Origin: Macrostomum hystrix
Taxonomy: Eukaryota > Animalia > Platyhelminthes
Length of the DNA stretch: 64,000 bases
Direction: 5' to 3'
Assembly: GCA_950097015.1 (NCBI GenBank)
Contig: CATNEN010000005.1
Location: 1,922,001-1,986,000, forward strand
The notes under the pieces were generated by a model. It saw only the letters and a list, made by a program, of their open reading frames with translations. It was not told the origin of the DNA and searched no databases. Positions within the stretch are counted from its first letter, which is position 1; every line of letters begins with the position of its first letter. This document shows positions 1-15,200 of this stretch, in pieces. The translations under genes were made by a program, and so were the position numbers.

Positions 1-1726
1 TTCTGTGTATTCTTAGCCAACCCTCGCAGGTTCAATACAATTATAAACAGCAAGTTGTCTTTTTATAGTGTTATGTAAAGTGATGACTCATTTATTGTAG
101 CTTCGACGGTCGTCTTCGTTTTTAGCCACGTGTTCTCGTTGTCAGATTGAGTAGCTTGCAGTTGTAGCTAGACCTACTTTAGAGTAATTTAGTAGTTTGT
201 AGCTACATGGCACTTTTGTATTTTTTTTTCTGTTTGCTTTGTTTTAGGGTCTAAACCTTCTTATACAAAAAATTAGGGACAGGGCCTTTCTATTAGAGTT
301 AGAGTAGACCTACTGATGACTGATTGGCCTAGCTGCTACTACTCTAACTCTTTAAGGTTTTTAGGCTTGGCCCTAAAAGAATTGTAATGGAATAGGCTAG
401 GGCCTAGACCTTACAATGCTACACAGGCACTGACCTAGCAATGGTGCCAATGGATACTAGGCCTAGTGCTCAGGCTGTAAGGGGCCTAGCCTAGCTAGCT
501 AGCCTACTTTAATTGTCACAATGCTTGTCTTGTCTATGTAGTACTATTAGGGTCTATGCCTTGTAGCCAACAGATGGCTATTGGCTAAAATAGTAGACTA
601 GTTAACAAAATAAGTTGGTGCTAGACCACTGGTCATTTACTTTGTCAACTGCCAAAATAATTTTGATAATGGAACTGTGCCTAGGCCTAATAAATACAAC
701 TTACATACATACAATACTAGCCTGCCTAAGGTTAGAGTAGAAGCACAAGGTTTGGAATGACTGAAAGTTCTGCATAGACCTAACTTTAGGCCTCTAGTTA
801 TAGGCCTAGCTAATGGTTGGTAGGCCTAAACTAGGCTTAGAGCTCTAGAAAGGATCATGCAATTTCAAAATATAGGGCCTAAAAATGCTCCTATATCAAA
901 GTATCAAATCAAAATCAAAAGTAAAACTTCTGAAAGATTGTTAACTTTATGTTACTTATATAAAAATGCCTAGGACAGGGCCTAGCTTAATTTATAAACA
1001 TCTTTAGGCCCTAGGGTAATGTATCATCAACCAAACAAGAATGTGTATTTTTTAACTTCAAACCTAAGCTACAGATTTTCTATTCAAGATATGATGATAA
1101 ATCAAAAGCCAAGTTATAGAAAATAGTTAAATCTTTCTAAAAAGTATCTGATTTTGCTATTTTATCAAATAGAAAAATGTTATTCCTACTTTTTATCTAA
1201 AACCGAACAATGATTTTCATGTATCTTCAAACCAAACAGTGAATTTGATGTTTGGTTTTACAATTTGAGTGAGTGGTTTAATCTTATTTTAAGGAGTGAA
1301 CTATCATGAATTATGTAATTTGAAAGCATTTTTCATGCTCTATAAATAACTACATTTATGGTCATTTAATTGGCAAGCAACCATATACAATTTTTGTCTA
1401 AAGTACATACTGAAAAATGTTGTTAAAAAGTATGCTTTTGCAATAAAAATTTCTACTGAAACATCAATATCTTTCTTTCCTCTTAATGCTTCATTGCACA
1501 TCATGCCTCAGATTGTAGATAATTTCTTCAACTTTCAAATTAGTTGTTCTGTGAAACATAATAGCTTGTTTCTGTCTTGCAAGAGACCAAGGAAGGAGTC
1601 AAAATTCTTGTTCGGTTTTGAAGAAAAACTGTTCGGTTGATGATACATTACCCTATAGTTGGCATAAATTTACTTCAGTTTGCAAAATCATTTTTAAAAT
1701 GTAAAACAGTGCGAAACACACCGAAC

Positions 1727-2026
1727 TGATGTGGCATGGAATTTTCTATTGTTGTCTATGGTCATGACCATAGACAGAAAGTCAGCAGAAAGAATCACTG
1801 AAAATTTCTTACCTTCACTAGTGACTTCAATCAGACAATATTTCCAAGCTTCCAACTGAGAATGGCTAGACGAGCAGCTAGACCTTTATGGATTGTGCCT
1901 CCCAACAAACTTCTGTTGGCTTAAGCACTGAAAGAGCTTAAACTCAGCTCAACTGTGATTCTTTCTGTTTTCTTTCTCTCCATGGTTATTGCCATAGACA
2001 ACTATGGAAAATTCCATGCCACGTCA
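1727..2026. repeat. ~300-bp inverted-repeat (MITE-like) element
   Basis: 45-bp arms at 1727-1771 and 1982-2026 with about 6 mismatches; no TSD identified. Confidence 0.55.
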
Positions 2027-3289
2027 TTTCCATGTGTTTTACATGCTAAAAACACTTTTATGCTTTTAAACATTAGATCTTGCTAGTTAGGTCATCTATG
2101 TGACAAACAGCATGCTTTTTGCCTTCTTAGTATGTGTGCTTATGCCATAACTATACATGCGCAACACCCGGCCAAACACCCGTGAAACGAGGGCCAAGCA
2201 AGGTAAGTCACAAAACCAATTGACCAAGCACAAAAAATCAAAGGGGGACCAAGGGACAAAAAAGTAAGGCGTGAAGAAAAGGAAAAAAGGGGAGAGAAAA
2301 AGAGAGTAAATGAGAGCAATCTAAGTGAATAAGTCATAAATAGAGCAAAAACTAAGTTGCACGGCCGGCTAAGATTTGGGAGGTTGCACATGTATGTGCC
2401 ATAAGTAGGAAGGTGCTGTAGTGGTTGCCAGAAAAAAAATCTGCCATGTGCCGGCATAAAACTACTTAGTGCTATGTGACAATAAAGAGGACTTTATAAC
2501 TAGTTATAAGTAAATGAATAACAGAAAAAGCAGTCTTAAAAAATTGTGAACTAGTACTGCATAAAAAAGTGGCAAAAATTTTATCATATTATCCATTATT
2601 GTATTTACATTAAATAAAAGTTGATTCACATATTGTGAATATTTCAAATAATTAAACAAGCAAAAACTAAATTTTTATTCACATGCAAAAATAGTGTATT
2701 AAAATGATGATTGCTTTATTTTTACTTTATTACATTAATATAAAGAATACTTTTCACACTAGAATCTTTATTTCAGCTTGTCTATAATAATGCTAAGTAA
2801 TAGACAGTAATATAAAATGTAACACAAGGGTTTGAGCAATTGTGCAGTATTGTGTGCAGTTGCAAACCATGCTGGATCTATGCCTGAGACTTGACCTTGA
2901 GCTAGATGTTTTGGCTGTTACCACGGCACAGTGATACACAAGCCAGTTGGACCTGATTGCAGATAATTTTATCAAGACAGTTAACTCTGTAGCAAGAACT
3001 GCCTTGTTGTTGTTTGTGATACACTATTCGAGAAAATATAAAAATATAGTATTAGCCTTTTTAATTTAGCTAAATAAGGTAAGCTAGTAAGGGGCACAGT
3101 AATCATGCATATTAATGACGTCTTTGTTTTCTAGTTAGTACATTGTTAACACATTTTATTTATTTATTAATATCTTTGCTTTAAACCAAACTTTTTCTTT
3201 GTTACGATTTAGTATTGATTGTGTCTATTTGATTTTCAGAAAAGAACCTGCAATATTTTTAAAACTTTACAACTTAAAGCAAAAAAAGC

Positions 3290-6200
3290 ATGGACACATC
3301 TTCAACCTGGGTCATTGTTATGACTCCAATTCGTCGAGGTCCAATGACCACTCTAGAGTGTGTTCGCACCTCCGAGGAGAATATCGACCATAAGAAAGTG
3401 GCTCACATGGCCACAGGTGCCAATCAGGGTATTGTCATCAACAAGGCCATTGTGGATGATAGTAAGTTTTCTAACATGGCTTATGCAGGGGTTGGCAATG
3501 TATGGTTTGTGGGCCGGATAAGGCAGTTAAAGCTCCTTCCTGTCTCTAAACACTCTCTACTCTATATAGTTTATCCCGTGTCTCACCACATCTCATCTTA
3601 TCGCTGATTAAACAGGCCTGTGACCTTGATGTCTAATGCGATTGCCTCTTGCACTAAGGTTGCTGAGCTCGATTCCGCGGCGAGGCCACAATCGTTTGGG
3701 GCGCAGCCGCGGAGAGAAGGCTTGGTGGCTTGACGTGCAATTTACGCCGTTGAGGGCCAACCTCCATGGCACAGTGTTAGAGTGTACACTGCCTGACAAT
3801 GAGAAAGTGTGTGCCTGTGTACAGTATTTGTGTGCGTGTATGCTCAGAATGGGTCGAGTTGTCTCCTCGCTGGCTGCAGGTCTAATGTCACCAAATGATG
3901 TGCCATTGCCTGCAGCCCTCCTGCAATTATTATTAAATGATAACAGCTACTATTATTAGGACTTGGTACACTTGAACGGCAGACACATAAAAGTACAAAA
4001 TCCTGATCCCACAAAAGTTTTTTCTGCTTAGAAATTGTACCTTATATTCTTTAGCTAAATGATCGCGATATGTGAAATCATCCCAAAATAGTTGCTAACC
4101 AAAGTCCCTGTCCTATTCTGAACAGCCAGTGAGTGTGTGCGCATGTGTGTGTCATGACGCTGTACTGTTTGGCGCCTACAAGTCTCATCACCGATTCTGA
4201 TTACTATTCAGTACACGGTCCCGTCAAATGATTTATTCAACTGGTATTTTTTATTTCCCTGCTTAGCTTTGATTGCATTTTTAGTTAAAAGTTAGACACC
4301 AGACATCTTGTAGCAACTATTATGTCTTCATTTAGGTCCAATGTGCTGACTATATGCTAATAATTATTCATATAATTCCTTGTATCCTTCCTTCCACCGA
4401 GATGAGAATGTCGGTAAGATGAGAATGTCGGCGAGATGAGAATGTCGGCGAGATGAGAATGTCGGCGAAATGAGAATGTCGGCGAGATGAGAATGTCGGC
4501 GAGATAAGAATGTCGGCGAGATGAGAATGTCGCTGAGATGAGAATGTCGGCGAGATGAGAATGTCGGCGAAATGAGAATCGGCGAGATGAGAATGTCGGT
4601 GAGATTAGAATGTCGGTGAAATGAGAATCGACGAGATGAGATTCGGCAAGATGAGAATGTCTGTGAGATAAGAATGTCGGCGAGATGAGAATGTCGGTGA
4701 GATGAGAATGTCGGCGAAATGAGAATGTCGGCGAAATGAGAATCGGTGAGATTAGAATGTCGGTGAGATGAGAATCGACGAGATGAGATTCGGCAAGATG
4801 AGAATGTCGGTGAGATGAGAATGTCGGCGAAATGAGAATGTCGGCGAAATGATCAATCGGCGAGATGAGAATCGACGAGATGAGATTCGGCAAGATGAGA
4901 ATGTCGGCGAAATGAGAATCGGCGAGATGAGATTCGGCAAGATGAGAATGTCGGCGAAATGAGAATCGGCGAGATGAGATTCGGCAAGATAAGAATGTCG
5001 GCGAAATGAGAATCGGCGAGATGAGATTCGGCAAGATAAGAATGTCGGCGAAATGAGAATGTCGGCGAGATAAGAATCGGCGAAATGAGAATGTCGGCGA
5101 GATGAGATTCGGCCAAATGAGAATGTCGGCGTGATGAGAATGTCGGCGAGATGAGAATGAGAAGATGAGAATGAGAATGAGAATGTCGGCGAAATGAGAA
5201 TCGGCGAGACGAGAATGTCGGTGAGATTAGAATGTCGGTGAGATTAGAATGTCGGTGAGATGAGAATCGACGAGATGAGATTCGGCAAGATGAGAATGTC
5301 GGTGAGATGAGAATATCGGCGAGATAAGAATGTCGGCGAGATGAGAATGTCGGCGTGATGAGAATTTCGGCGAAATGAGAATCGGCAAGATAAGAATCGA
5401 CGAGATGAGATTCGGCAAGATAAGAATGTCGGCGAGATGAGAATATTGGCGAGATAAGAATGTCGGCGAGATGAGCATATCGGCGAGATAAGAATGTCGG
5501 CGAGATGAGAATATCGGCGAGATAAGAATGTCGGTGAGATGAGAATATCGGCGAGATAAGAATGTCGGTGAGATGAGATTCTGCGAACTGCGACGTACCA
5601 TACGATTGTAGCTTTTTATAATCGAACCTTAAAGGTGCATGTCATAAGTATGCTTTAAGGCTAGTAAATATAATTATAAAATCAACTGCATTCCTATCAA
5701 TTGTAGAATATACTCGTATATGACGAAGACTAAGGGCTACCCATGTCTGCTATTTTCCTGCCCAGATCAGTCTGTCCTGCGGACGTAATCAGCTTGCTGA
5801 TGATGCTCATGGGATTGGGTTTACTGTGCGGATAGGGGATAACAGAGGTGTGTGAGACGGTTTTCATATTGGCAATAAACCAAAAGATAGTCATAAACTA
5901 TCGTGCCTTTTGAAGCCATACTTTTCTATGATCTTTGCACGTCTGATAGACTAGCCGTGCAACCATTTTTTATGAAAAGAAATCTGCGTTTTAGTTACTA
6001 GTTTTCTACCGAATTAGGAAACTAAAGTCGCACGTGTTCACGAGATGAGAATTCTAATGCAATTCTTTAAGAAAAAGAACACAACATCCTATTCCTTTGA
6101 TCTATATATACAATTCTGTAAGTGCGTAGATGCAGTCTAGTATAGAAAATAAACTTTATTTGGATGCCATTTTGCAGGCCAGATTCAAATAGCTAAATCT

Positions 6201-9200
6201 GGAAAGTTCTGATTGTGATTTCAAGTCACAACTGATAAACTATGCTAATAATTTAAGCTGCGAACATAAGAATGGCGCTAAGATGCTTGCTTTGACTTGA
6301 AATGTTAATTTTACATTGCTGGGAATTTTTATAAATGGAATTACAAAGTCGCTACTATCTGTTTTAGATCTGTTTTTGCTATCTGCTGCTGCAATCCAGT
6401 TTTGTGCAAAAATATCCCATCTACTGCAATCCTTATTTTCCCAAAATATCCCACCTGCTGCAATCCTTATTTACCCAAAATATCCCATCTGCTGCAATCC
6501 TTATTTACACAAATTATCCCATCTGCTGCAATCCTTATTTACACAAATTATCCCATCTGCTGCAATCCTTATTTGCCCAAAATATCCCATCTGCTGCAAT
6601 CCTTATTTGCCAAAAATATCCCTTCTACTGCAATCCTTATTTTCCCAAAATATCCCATCTGCTGCAATCCTTATTTACCCAAAATATCCCATCTGCTGCA
6701 ATCCTTATTTACACAAATTATCCCATCTGCTGCAATCCTTATTTACACAAATTATCCCATCTGCTGCAATCCTTTTTTGCCCAAAATATCCCATCTGCTG
6801 CAATCCTTATTTGCCTAAAATATCCCATCTGCTGCAATCCTTATTTGCCTAAAATATCCCATCTGCTGCAATCCTTATTTGCCCAAAATATCCCATCTAC
6901 TGCAATCCTTATTTGCCTAAAATATCCCATTGCTGCAATCCTAATTTACCAAAAATATCCCATCTGCTGCAATACTTATTTGCCCAAAATATCCCATTGC
7001 TGCAATCCTTATTTACCCAAAATATCCCATCTGTTGCAATCCTTATTTACACAAAATATCCCATCTGCTGCAATCCTTATTTGCCCAAAATATCCCATCT
7101 GTCACAATCAAAATCTTTCTAATTGAAAAATGAAGTGAATTGAATAGGCCCCTATACTATTCTAATTTCTGTCATTTTATTTTTTCCAGAATATACCACT
7201 TTTCGAAATCCACATTCTTATTGTATTCCAATCCCATCGCATAAAATCCCATTGAGGCAGACTTCCAAAATGAATATGTAACATCACATCTGCCAATCGT
7301 GTTAAACTGGCTATTACTACAACTCAACTATCTACATTTCAACTATGCTAACTACGAGTAATATAGATTAAAACGTTTATTTTAGAGGACTCGATAAGTA
7401 TCAAAGCTCATTAGCTGACCTTAGTTACCTTTCCTCATTACATCAATCGTGCTCTAGTAAAATTGATGCATTAAAAAACATTTCTAGACGGCTCCTACAA
7501 TCAGCTGTTGAATTCTGAATCTGAAATCACTTACAAGTGTTTCGTAGTCAACCAGGATTCGCGAGATACTCGGGCGGTGAGTCACTGGCATGCTTTATTC
7601 ATCATCCGTTTTTTTGCTCTTGCTTATCCCCAATTCTGCTTTTAGACTTCATGCCTATTTTATGGATGCCTGCAGCTAGTTATATTCATAAAGACGCATT
7701 GCTGATTGATTGATTCATCAGTGTGTAGCGTGCATATACAAAGTGTCTTAGTTACGTAATAGTATACACCCTCCTGCTCATTCTTCAACTGCAAAAAGTC
7801 GTGCTAAGCTGTAGTCCACGAGCTATTTATCTGTACAGAGACATCTAGTTCTTATCCCCCAGCCATCTAGATCTAATCTCCAGCAATATAGTTCTTATTC
7901 ACAGCTATCTAGTTCTTATCCCCAGCTATCTAGTTCTTATCCCCAGCCATCTAGTTCTTATCCTCAGCCATCTAGTTCTTATCCCCAGTTACCCCCAGAT
8001 ATCTCCAGCCATCTAGTTCTTATCTCCTGTTCTCACCTCCCTACAAAACCAGCTAGTTCTCACCTCCCTACAAAACCATCTAGTTCTTATCTCCTGTTCT
8101 CACCTCCCTACAAAACCAGCTAGTTCTCACCTCCCTACAAAACCATCTAGTTCTTATCTCCTGTTCTCACCTCCCTACAAAACCAGCTAGTTCTTATCTC
8201 CTGTTCTCACCTCCCTACAAAACCAACTAGTTCTTATCTCCTGTTCTCACCTCCCTACAAAACCAACTAGTTCTTATCTCCTGTTCTCACCTCCCTACAA
8301 AACCAGCTAGTTCTCACCTCCCTACAAAACCAACTAGTTCTCACCTCCCTACAAAACCAGCTAGTTCTCACCTCCCTACAAAACCAGCTAGTTCTCACCT
8401 CCCTACAAAACCAGCTAGTTCTCACCTCCCTACAAAACCAGCTAGTTCTTACCTCCCTACAAAACCAGCTAGTTCTCACCTCCCTACAAAACCAGCTAGT
8501 TCTCACCTCCCTACAAAACCAGCTAGTTCTCACCTCCCTACAAAACCAGCTAGTTCTCACCTCCCTACAAAACCAGCTAGTTCTCACCTCCCTACAAAAC
8601 CATCTATTTCTTATCTCCTGTTCTCACCTCCCTACAAAACCAACTAGTTCTTATATCCTGTTCTCACCTCCCTACAAAACCAACTAGTTCTTATCTCCTG
8701 TTCTCACCTCCCTACAAAACCAGCTAGTTCCTATCTCCTGTTCTCACCTCCCTACAAAACCAACTAGTTCTCACCTCCCTACAAAACCAGCTAGTTCTCA
8801 CCTCCCTACAAAACCAGCTAGTTCTCACCTCCCTACAAAACCAGCTAGTTCTCACCTCCCTACAAAACCAGCTAGTTCTCACCTCCCTACAAAACCAGCT
8901 AGTTCTTACCTCCCTACAAAACCAGCTAGTTCTCACCTCCCTACAAAACCAACTAGTTCTCACCTCCCTACAAAACCAGCTAGTTCTCACCTCCCTACAA
9001 AACCAGCTAGTTCTCACCTCCCTACAAAACCAGCTAGTTCTCACCTCCCTACAAAACCAGCTAGTTCTTACCTCCCTACAAAACCAGCTAGTTCTTACCT
9101 CCTGTTCTCACCTCCCTACAAAACCAACTAGTTCTTATCTCCTGTTCTCACCTCCCTACAACACCAGCTAGTTCTCACCTCCCTACAAAACCAGCTAGTT

Positions 9201-12200
9201 GTTACCTCCCTACAAAACCAGCTAGTTCTCACCTCCCTACAAAACCAGCTAGTTCTTACCTCCCTACAAAATCAGCTAGTTCTTACCTCCCTACAAAACC
9301 AGCTAGTTCTTACCTCCCTACAAAACCAACTAGTTCTTATCTCCTGTTCTCACCTCCCTACAAAACCAGCTAGTTCTCACCTCCCTACAAAACCATCTAG
9401 TTCTTATCTCCTGTTCTCACCTCCCTACAAAACCAACTAGTTCTTATATCCTGTTCTCACCTCCCTACAAAACCAACTAGTTCTTATCTCCTGTTCTCAC
9501 CTCCCTACAAAACCAGCTAGTTCCTATCTCCTGTTCTCACCTCCCTACAAAACCAACTAGTTCTCACCTCCCTACAAAATCATCTAGTTCTTATCTCCTG
9601 TTCTCACCTCCCTACAAAACCAACTAGTTCTTATCTCCTGTTCTCACCTCCCTACAAAACCAACTAGTTCTTATCTCCTGTTCTCACCTCCCTACAAAAC
9701 CAGCTAGTTCTCACCTCCCTACAAAACCAGCTAGTTCTCACCTCCCTACAAAACCAACTAGTTCTCACCTCCCTACAAAACCAGCTAGTTGTTACCTCCC
9801 TACTAAACCAGCTAGTTCTTACCTCCCTACAAAACCAGCTAGTTCTTACCTCCCTACAAAACCAGCTAGTTCTCACCTCCCTACAAAACCAGCTAGTTGT
9901 TACCTCCCTACAAAACCAGCTAGTTCTCACCTCCCTACAAAACCAGCTAGTTCTCACCTCCCTACAAAACCATCTAGTTCTTATCTCCTGTTCTCACCTC
10001 CCTACAAAACCAACTAGTTCTTATCTCCTGTTCTCACCTCCCTACAACACCAGCTAGTTCTTACCTCCCTACAAAACCAGCTAGTTCTCACCTCCCTACA
10101 AAACCAGCTAGTTCTTACCTCCCTACAAAACCAGCTAGTTCTTACCTCCCTACAAAACCAGCTAGTTCTCACCTCCCTACAAAACCATCTAGTTCTTATC
10201 TCCTGTTCTCACCTCCCTACAAAACCAGCTAGTTCTCACCTCCCTACAAAACCATCTAGTTCTTATCTCCTGTTCTCACCTCCCTACAAAACCAGCTAGT
10301 TCTTATCTCCTGTTCTCACCTCCCTACAAAACCAACTAGTTCTTATCTCCTGTTCTCACCTCCCTACAAAACCAACTAGTTCTTATCTCCTGTTCTCACC
10401 TCCCTACAAAACCAGCTAGTTCTCACCTCCCTACAAAACCAGCTAGTTCTCACCTCCCTACAAAACCAGCTAGTTCTCACCTCCCTACAAAACCAGCTAG
10501 TTCTCACCTCCCTACAAAACCAGCTAGTTCTCACCTCCCTACAAAACCAGCTAGTTCTTACCTCCCTACAAAACCAGCTAGTTCTCACCTCCCTACAAAA
10601 CCAGCTAGTTCTCACCTCCCTACAAAACCAGCTAGTTCTCACCTCCCTACAAAACCAGCTAGTTCTCACCTCCCTACAAAACCAGCTAGTTCTCACCTCC
10701 CTACAAAACCATCTATTTCTTATCTCCTGTTCTCACCTCCCTACAAAACCAACTAGTTCTTATATCCTGTTCTCACCTCCCTACAAAACCAACTAGTTCT
10801 TATCTCCTGTTCTCACCTCCCTACAAAACCAGCTAGTTCCTATCTCCTGTTCTCACCTCCCTACAAAACCAACTAGTTCTCACCTCCCTACAAAACCAGC
10901 TAGTTCTCACCTCCCTACAAAACCAGCTAGTTCTCACCTCCCTACAAAACCAGCTAGTTCTCACCTCCCTACAAACCAGCTAGTTCTCACCTCCCTACAA
11001 AACCAGCTAGTTCTTACCTCCCTACAAAACCAGCTAGTTCTCACCTCCCTACAAAACCAACTAGTTCTCACCTCCCTACAAAACCAGCTAGTTCTCACCT
11101 CCCTACAAAACCAGCTAGTTCTCACCTCCCTACAAAACCAGCTAGTTCTCACCTCCCTACAAAACCAGCTAGTTCTTACCTCCCTACAAAACCAGCTAGT
11201 TCTTACCTCCTGTTCTCACCTCCCTACAAAACCAACTAGTTCTTATCTCCTGTTCTCACCTCCCTACAACACCAGCTAGTTCTCACCTCCCTACAAAACC
11301 AGCTAGTTGTTACCTCCCTACAAAACCAGCTAGTTCTCACCTCCCTACAAAACCAGCTAGTTCTTACCTCCCTACAAAATCAGCTAGTTCTTACCTCCCT
11401 ACAAAACCAGCTAGTTCTTACCTCCCTACAAAACCAACTAGTTCTTATCTCCTGTTCTCACCTCCCTACAAAACCAGCTAGTTCTCACCTCCCTACAAAA
11501 CCATCTAGTTCTTATCTCCTGTTCTCACCTCCCTACAAAACCAACTAGTTCTTATATCCTGTTCTCACCTCCCTACAAAACCAACTAGTTCTTATCTCCT
11601 GTTCTCACCTCCCTACAAAACCAGCTAGTTCCTATCTCCTGTTCTCACCTCCCTACAAAACCAACTAGTTCTCACCTCCCTACAAAATCATCTAGTTCTT
11701 ATCTCCTGTTCTTACCTCCCTACAAAACCAACTAGTTCTTATCTCCTGTTCTCACCTCCCTACAAAACCAACTAGTTCTTATCTCCTGTTCTCACCTCCC
11801 TACAAAACCAGCTAGTTCTCACCTCCCTACAAAACCAGCTAGTTCTTACCTCCCTACAAAACCAGCTAGTTCTTACCTCCTGTTCTCACCTCCCTACAAA
11901 ACCAACTAGTTCTTATCTCCTGTTCTCACCTCCCTACAACACCAGCTAGTTCTCACCTCCCTACAAAACCAGCTAGTTGTTACCTCCCTACAAAACCAGC
12001 TAGTTCTCACCTCCCTACAAAACCAGCTAGTTCTTACCTCCCTACAAAATCAGCTAGTTCTTACCTCCCTACAAAACCAGCTAGTTCTTACCTCCCTACA
12101 AAACCAACTAGTTCTTATCTCCTGTTCTCACCTCCCTACAAAACCAGCTAGTTCTCACCTCCCTACAAAACCATCTAGTTCTTATCTCCTGTTCTCACCT

Positions 12201-15200
12201 CCCTACAAAACCAACTAGTTCTTATATCCTGTTCTCACCTCCCTACAAAACCAACTAGTTCTTATCTCCTGTTCTCACCTCCCTACAAAACCAGCTAGTT
12301 CCTATCTCCTGTTCTCACCTCCCTACAAAACCAACTAGTTCTCACCTCCCTACAAAATCATCTAGTTCTTATCTCCTGTTCTCACCTCCCTACAAAACCA
12401 ACTAGTTCTTATCTCCTGTTCTCACCTCCCTACAAAACCAACTAGTTCTTATCTCCTGTTCTCACCTCCCTACAAAACCAGCTAGTTCTCACCTCCCTAC
12501 AAAACCAGCTAGTTCTCACCTCCCTACAAAACCAACTAGTTCTCACCTCCCTACAAAACCAGCTAGTTGTTACCTCCCTACTAAACCAGCTAGTTCTTAC
12601 CTCCCTACAAAACCAGCTAGTTCTTACCTCCCTACAAAACCAGCTAGTTCTCACCTCCCTACAAAACCAGCTAGTTGTTACCTCCCTACAAAACCAGCTA
12701 GTTCTCACCTCCCTACAAAACCAGCTAGTTCTCACCTCCCTACAAAACCATCTAGTTCTTATCTCCTGTTCTCACCTCCCTACAAAACCAACTAGTTCTT
12801 ATCTCCTGTTCTCACCTCCCTACAACACCAGCTAGTTCTTACCTCCCTACAAAACCAGCTAGTTCTCACCTCCCTACAAAACCAGCTAGTTCTTACCTCC
12901 CTACAAAACCAGCTAGTTCTTACCTCCCTACAAAACCAGCTAGTTCTCACCTCCCTACAAAACCATCTAGTTCTTATCTCCTGTTCTCACCTCCCTACAA
13001 AACCAGCTAGTTCTCACCTCCCTACAAAACCATCTAGTTCTTATCTCCTGTTCTCACCTCCCTACAAAACCAGCTAGTTCTTATCTCCTGTTCTCACCTC
13101 CCTACAAAACCAACTAGTTCTTATCTCCTGTTCTCACCTCCCTACAAAACCAACTAGTTCTTATCTCCTGTTCTCACCTCCCTACAAAACCAGCTAGTTC
13201 TCACCTCCCTACAAAACCAGCTAGTTCTCACCTCCCTACAAAACCAGCTAGTTCTCACCTCCCTACAAAACCAGCTAGTTCTCACCTCCCTACAAAACCA
13301 GCTAGTTCTCACCTCCCTACAAAACCAGCTAGTTCTTACCTCCCTACAAAACCAGCTAGTTCTCACCTCCCTACAAAACCAGCTAGTTCTCACCTCCCTA
13401 CAAAACCAGCTAGTTCTCACCTCCCTACAAAACCAGCTAGTTCTCACCTCCCTACAAAACCAGCTAGTTCTCACCTCCCTACAAAACCATCTATTTCTTA
13501 TCTCCTGTTCTCACCTCCCTACAAAACCAACTAGTTCTTATATCCTGTTCTCACCTCCCTACAAAACCAACTAGTTCTTATCTCCTGTTCTCACCTCCCT
13601 ACAAAACCAGCTAGTTCCTATCTCCTGTTCTCACCTCCCTACAAAACCAACTAGTTCTCACCTCCCTACAAAACCAGCTAGTTCTCACCTCCCTACAAAA
13701 CCAGCTAGTTCTCACCTCCCTACAAAACCAGCTAGTTCTCACCTCCCTACAAAACCAGCTAGTTCTCACCTCCCTACAAAACCAGCTAGTTCTTACCTCC
13801 CTACAAAACCAGCTAGTTCTCACCTCCCTACAAAACCAACTAGTTCTCACCTCCCTACAAAACCAGCTAGTTCTCACCTCCCTACAAAACCAGCTAGTTC
13901 TCACCTCCCTACAAAACCAGCTAGTTCTCACCTCCCTACAAAACCAGCTAGTTCTTACCTCCCTACAAAAACCAGCTAGTTCTTACCTCCTGTTCTCACC
14001 TCCCTACAAAACCAACTAGTTCTTATCTCCTGTTCTCACCTCCCTACAACACCAGCTAGTTCTCACCTCCCTACAAAACCAGCTAGTTGTTACCTCCCTA
14101 CAAAACCAGCTAGTTCTCACCTCCCTACAAAACCAGCTAGTTCTTACCTCCCTACAAAATCAGCTAGTTCTTACCTCCCTACAAAACCAGCTAGTTCTTA
14201 CCTCCCTACAAAACCAACTAGTTCTTATCTCCTGTTCTCACCTCCCTACAAAACCAGCTAGTTCTCACCTCCCTACAAAACCATCTAGTTCTTATCTCCT
14301 GTTCTCACCTCCCTACAAAACCAACTAGTTCTTATATCCTGTTCTCACCTCCCTACAAAACCAACTAGTTCTTATCTCCTGTTCTCACCTCCCTACAAAA
14401 CCAGCTAGTTCCTATCTCCTGTTCTCACCTCCCTACAAAACCAACTAGTTCTCACCTCCCTACAAAATCATCTAGTTCTTATCTCCTGTTCTTACCTCCC
14501 TACAAAACCAACTAGTTCTTATCTCCTGTTCTCACCTCCCTACAAAACCAACTAGTTCTTATCTCCTGTTCTCACCTCCCTACAAAACCAGCTAGTTCTC
14601 ACCTCCCTACAAAACCAGCTAGTTCTCACCTCCCTACAAAACCAACTAGTTCTCACCTCCCTACAAAACCAGCTAGTTGTTACCTCCCTACTAAACCAGC
14701 TAGTTCTTACCTCCCTACAAAACCAGCTAGTTCTTACCTCCCTACAAAACCAGCTAGTTCTCACCTCCCTACAAAACCAGCTAGTTGTTACCTCCCTACA
14801 AAACCAGCTAGTTCTCACCTCCCTACAAAACCAGCTAGTTCTCACCTCCCTACAAAACCATCTAGTTCTTATCTCCTGTTCTCACCTCCCTACAAAACCA
14901 ACTAGTTCTTATCTCCTGTTCTCACCTCCCTACAACACCAGCTAGTTCTTACCTCCCTACAAAACCAGCTAGTTCTCACCTCCCTACAAAACCAGCTAGT
15001 TCTTACCTCCCTACAAAACCAGCTAGTTCTTACCTCCCTACAAAACCAGCTAGTTCTCACCTCCCTACAAAACCAGCTAGTTCTTACCTCCCTACAAAAC
15101 CAGCTAGTTCTCACCTCCCTACAAAACCAGCTAGTTCTCACCTCCCTACAAAACCAGCTAGTTCTCACCTCCCTACAAAACCAGCTAGTTCTCACCTCCC

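Noticed and set aside
4357-7126. Long ORFs over the 17-bp and 34-bp arrays, open in all three + frames at 6316-7126
   Set aside because: Automatic result of stop-free repeat units.
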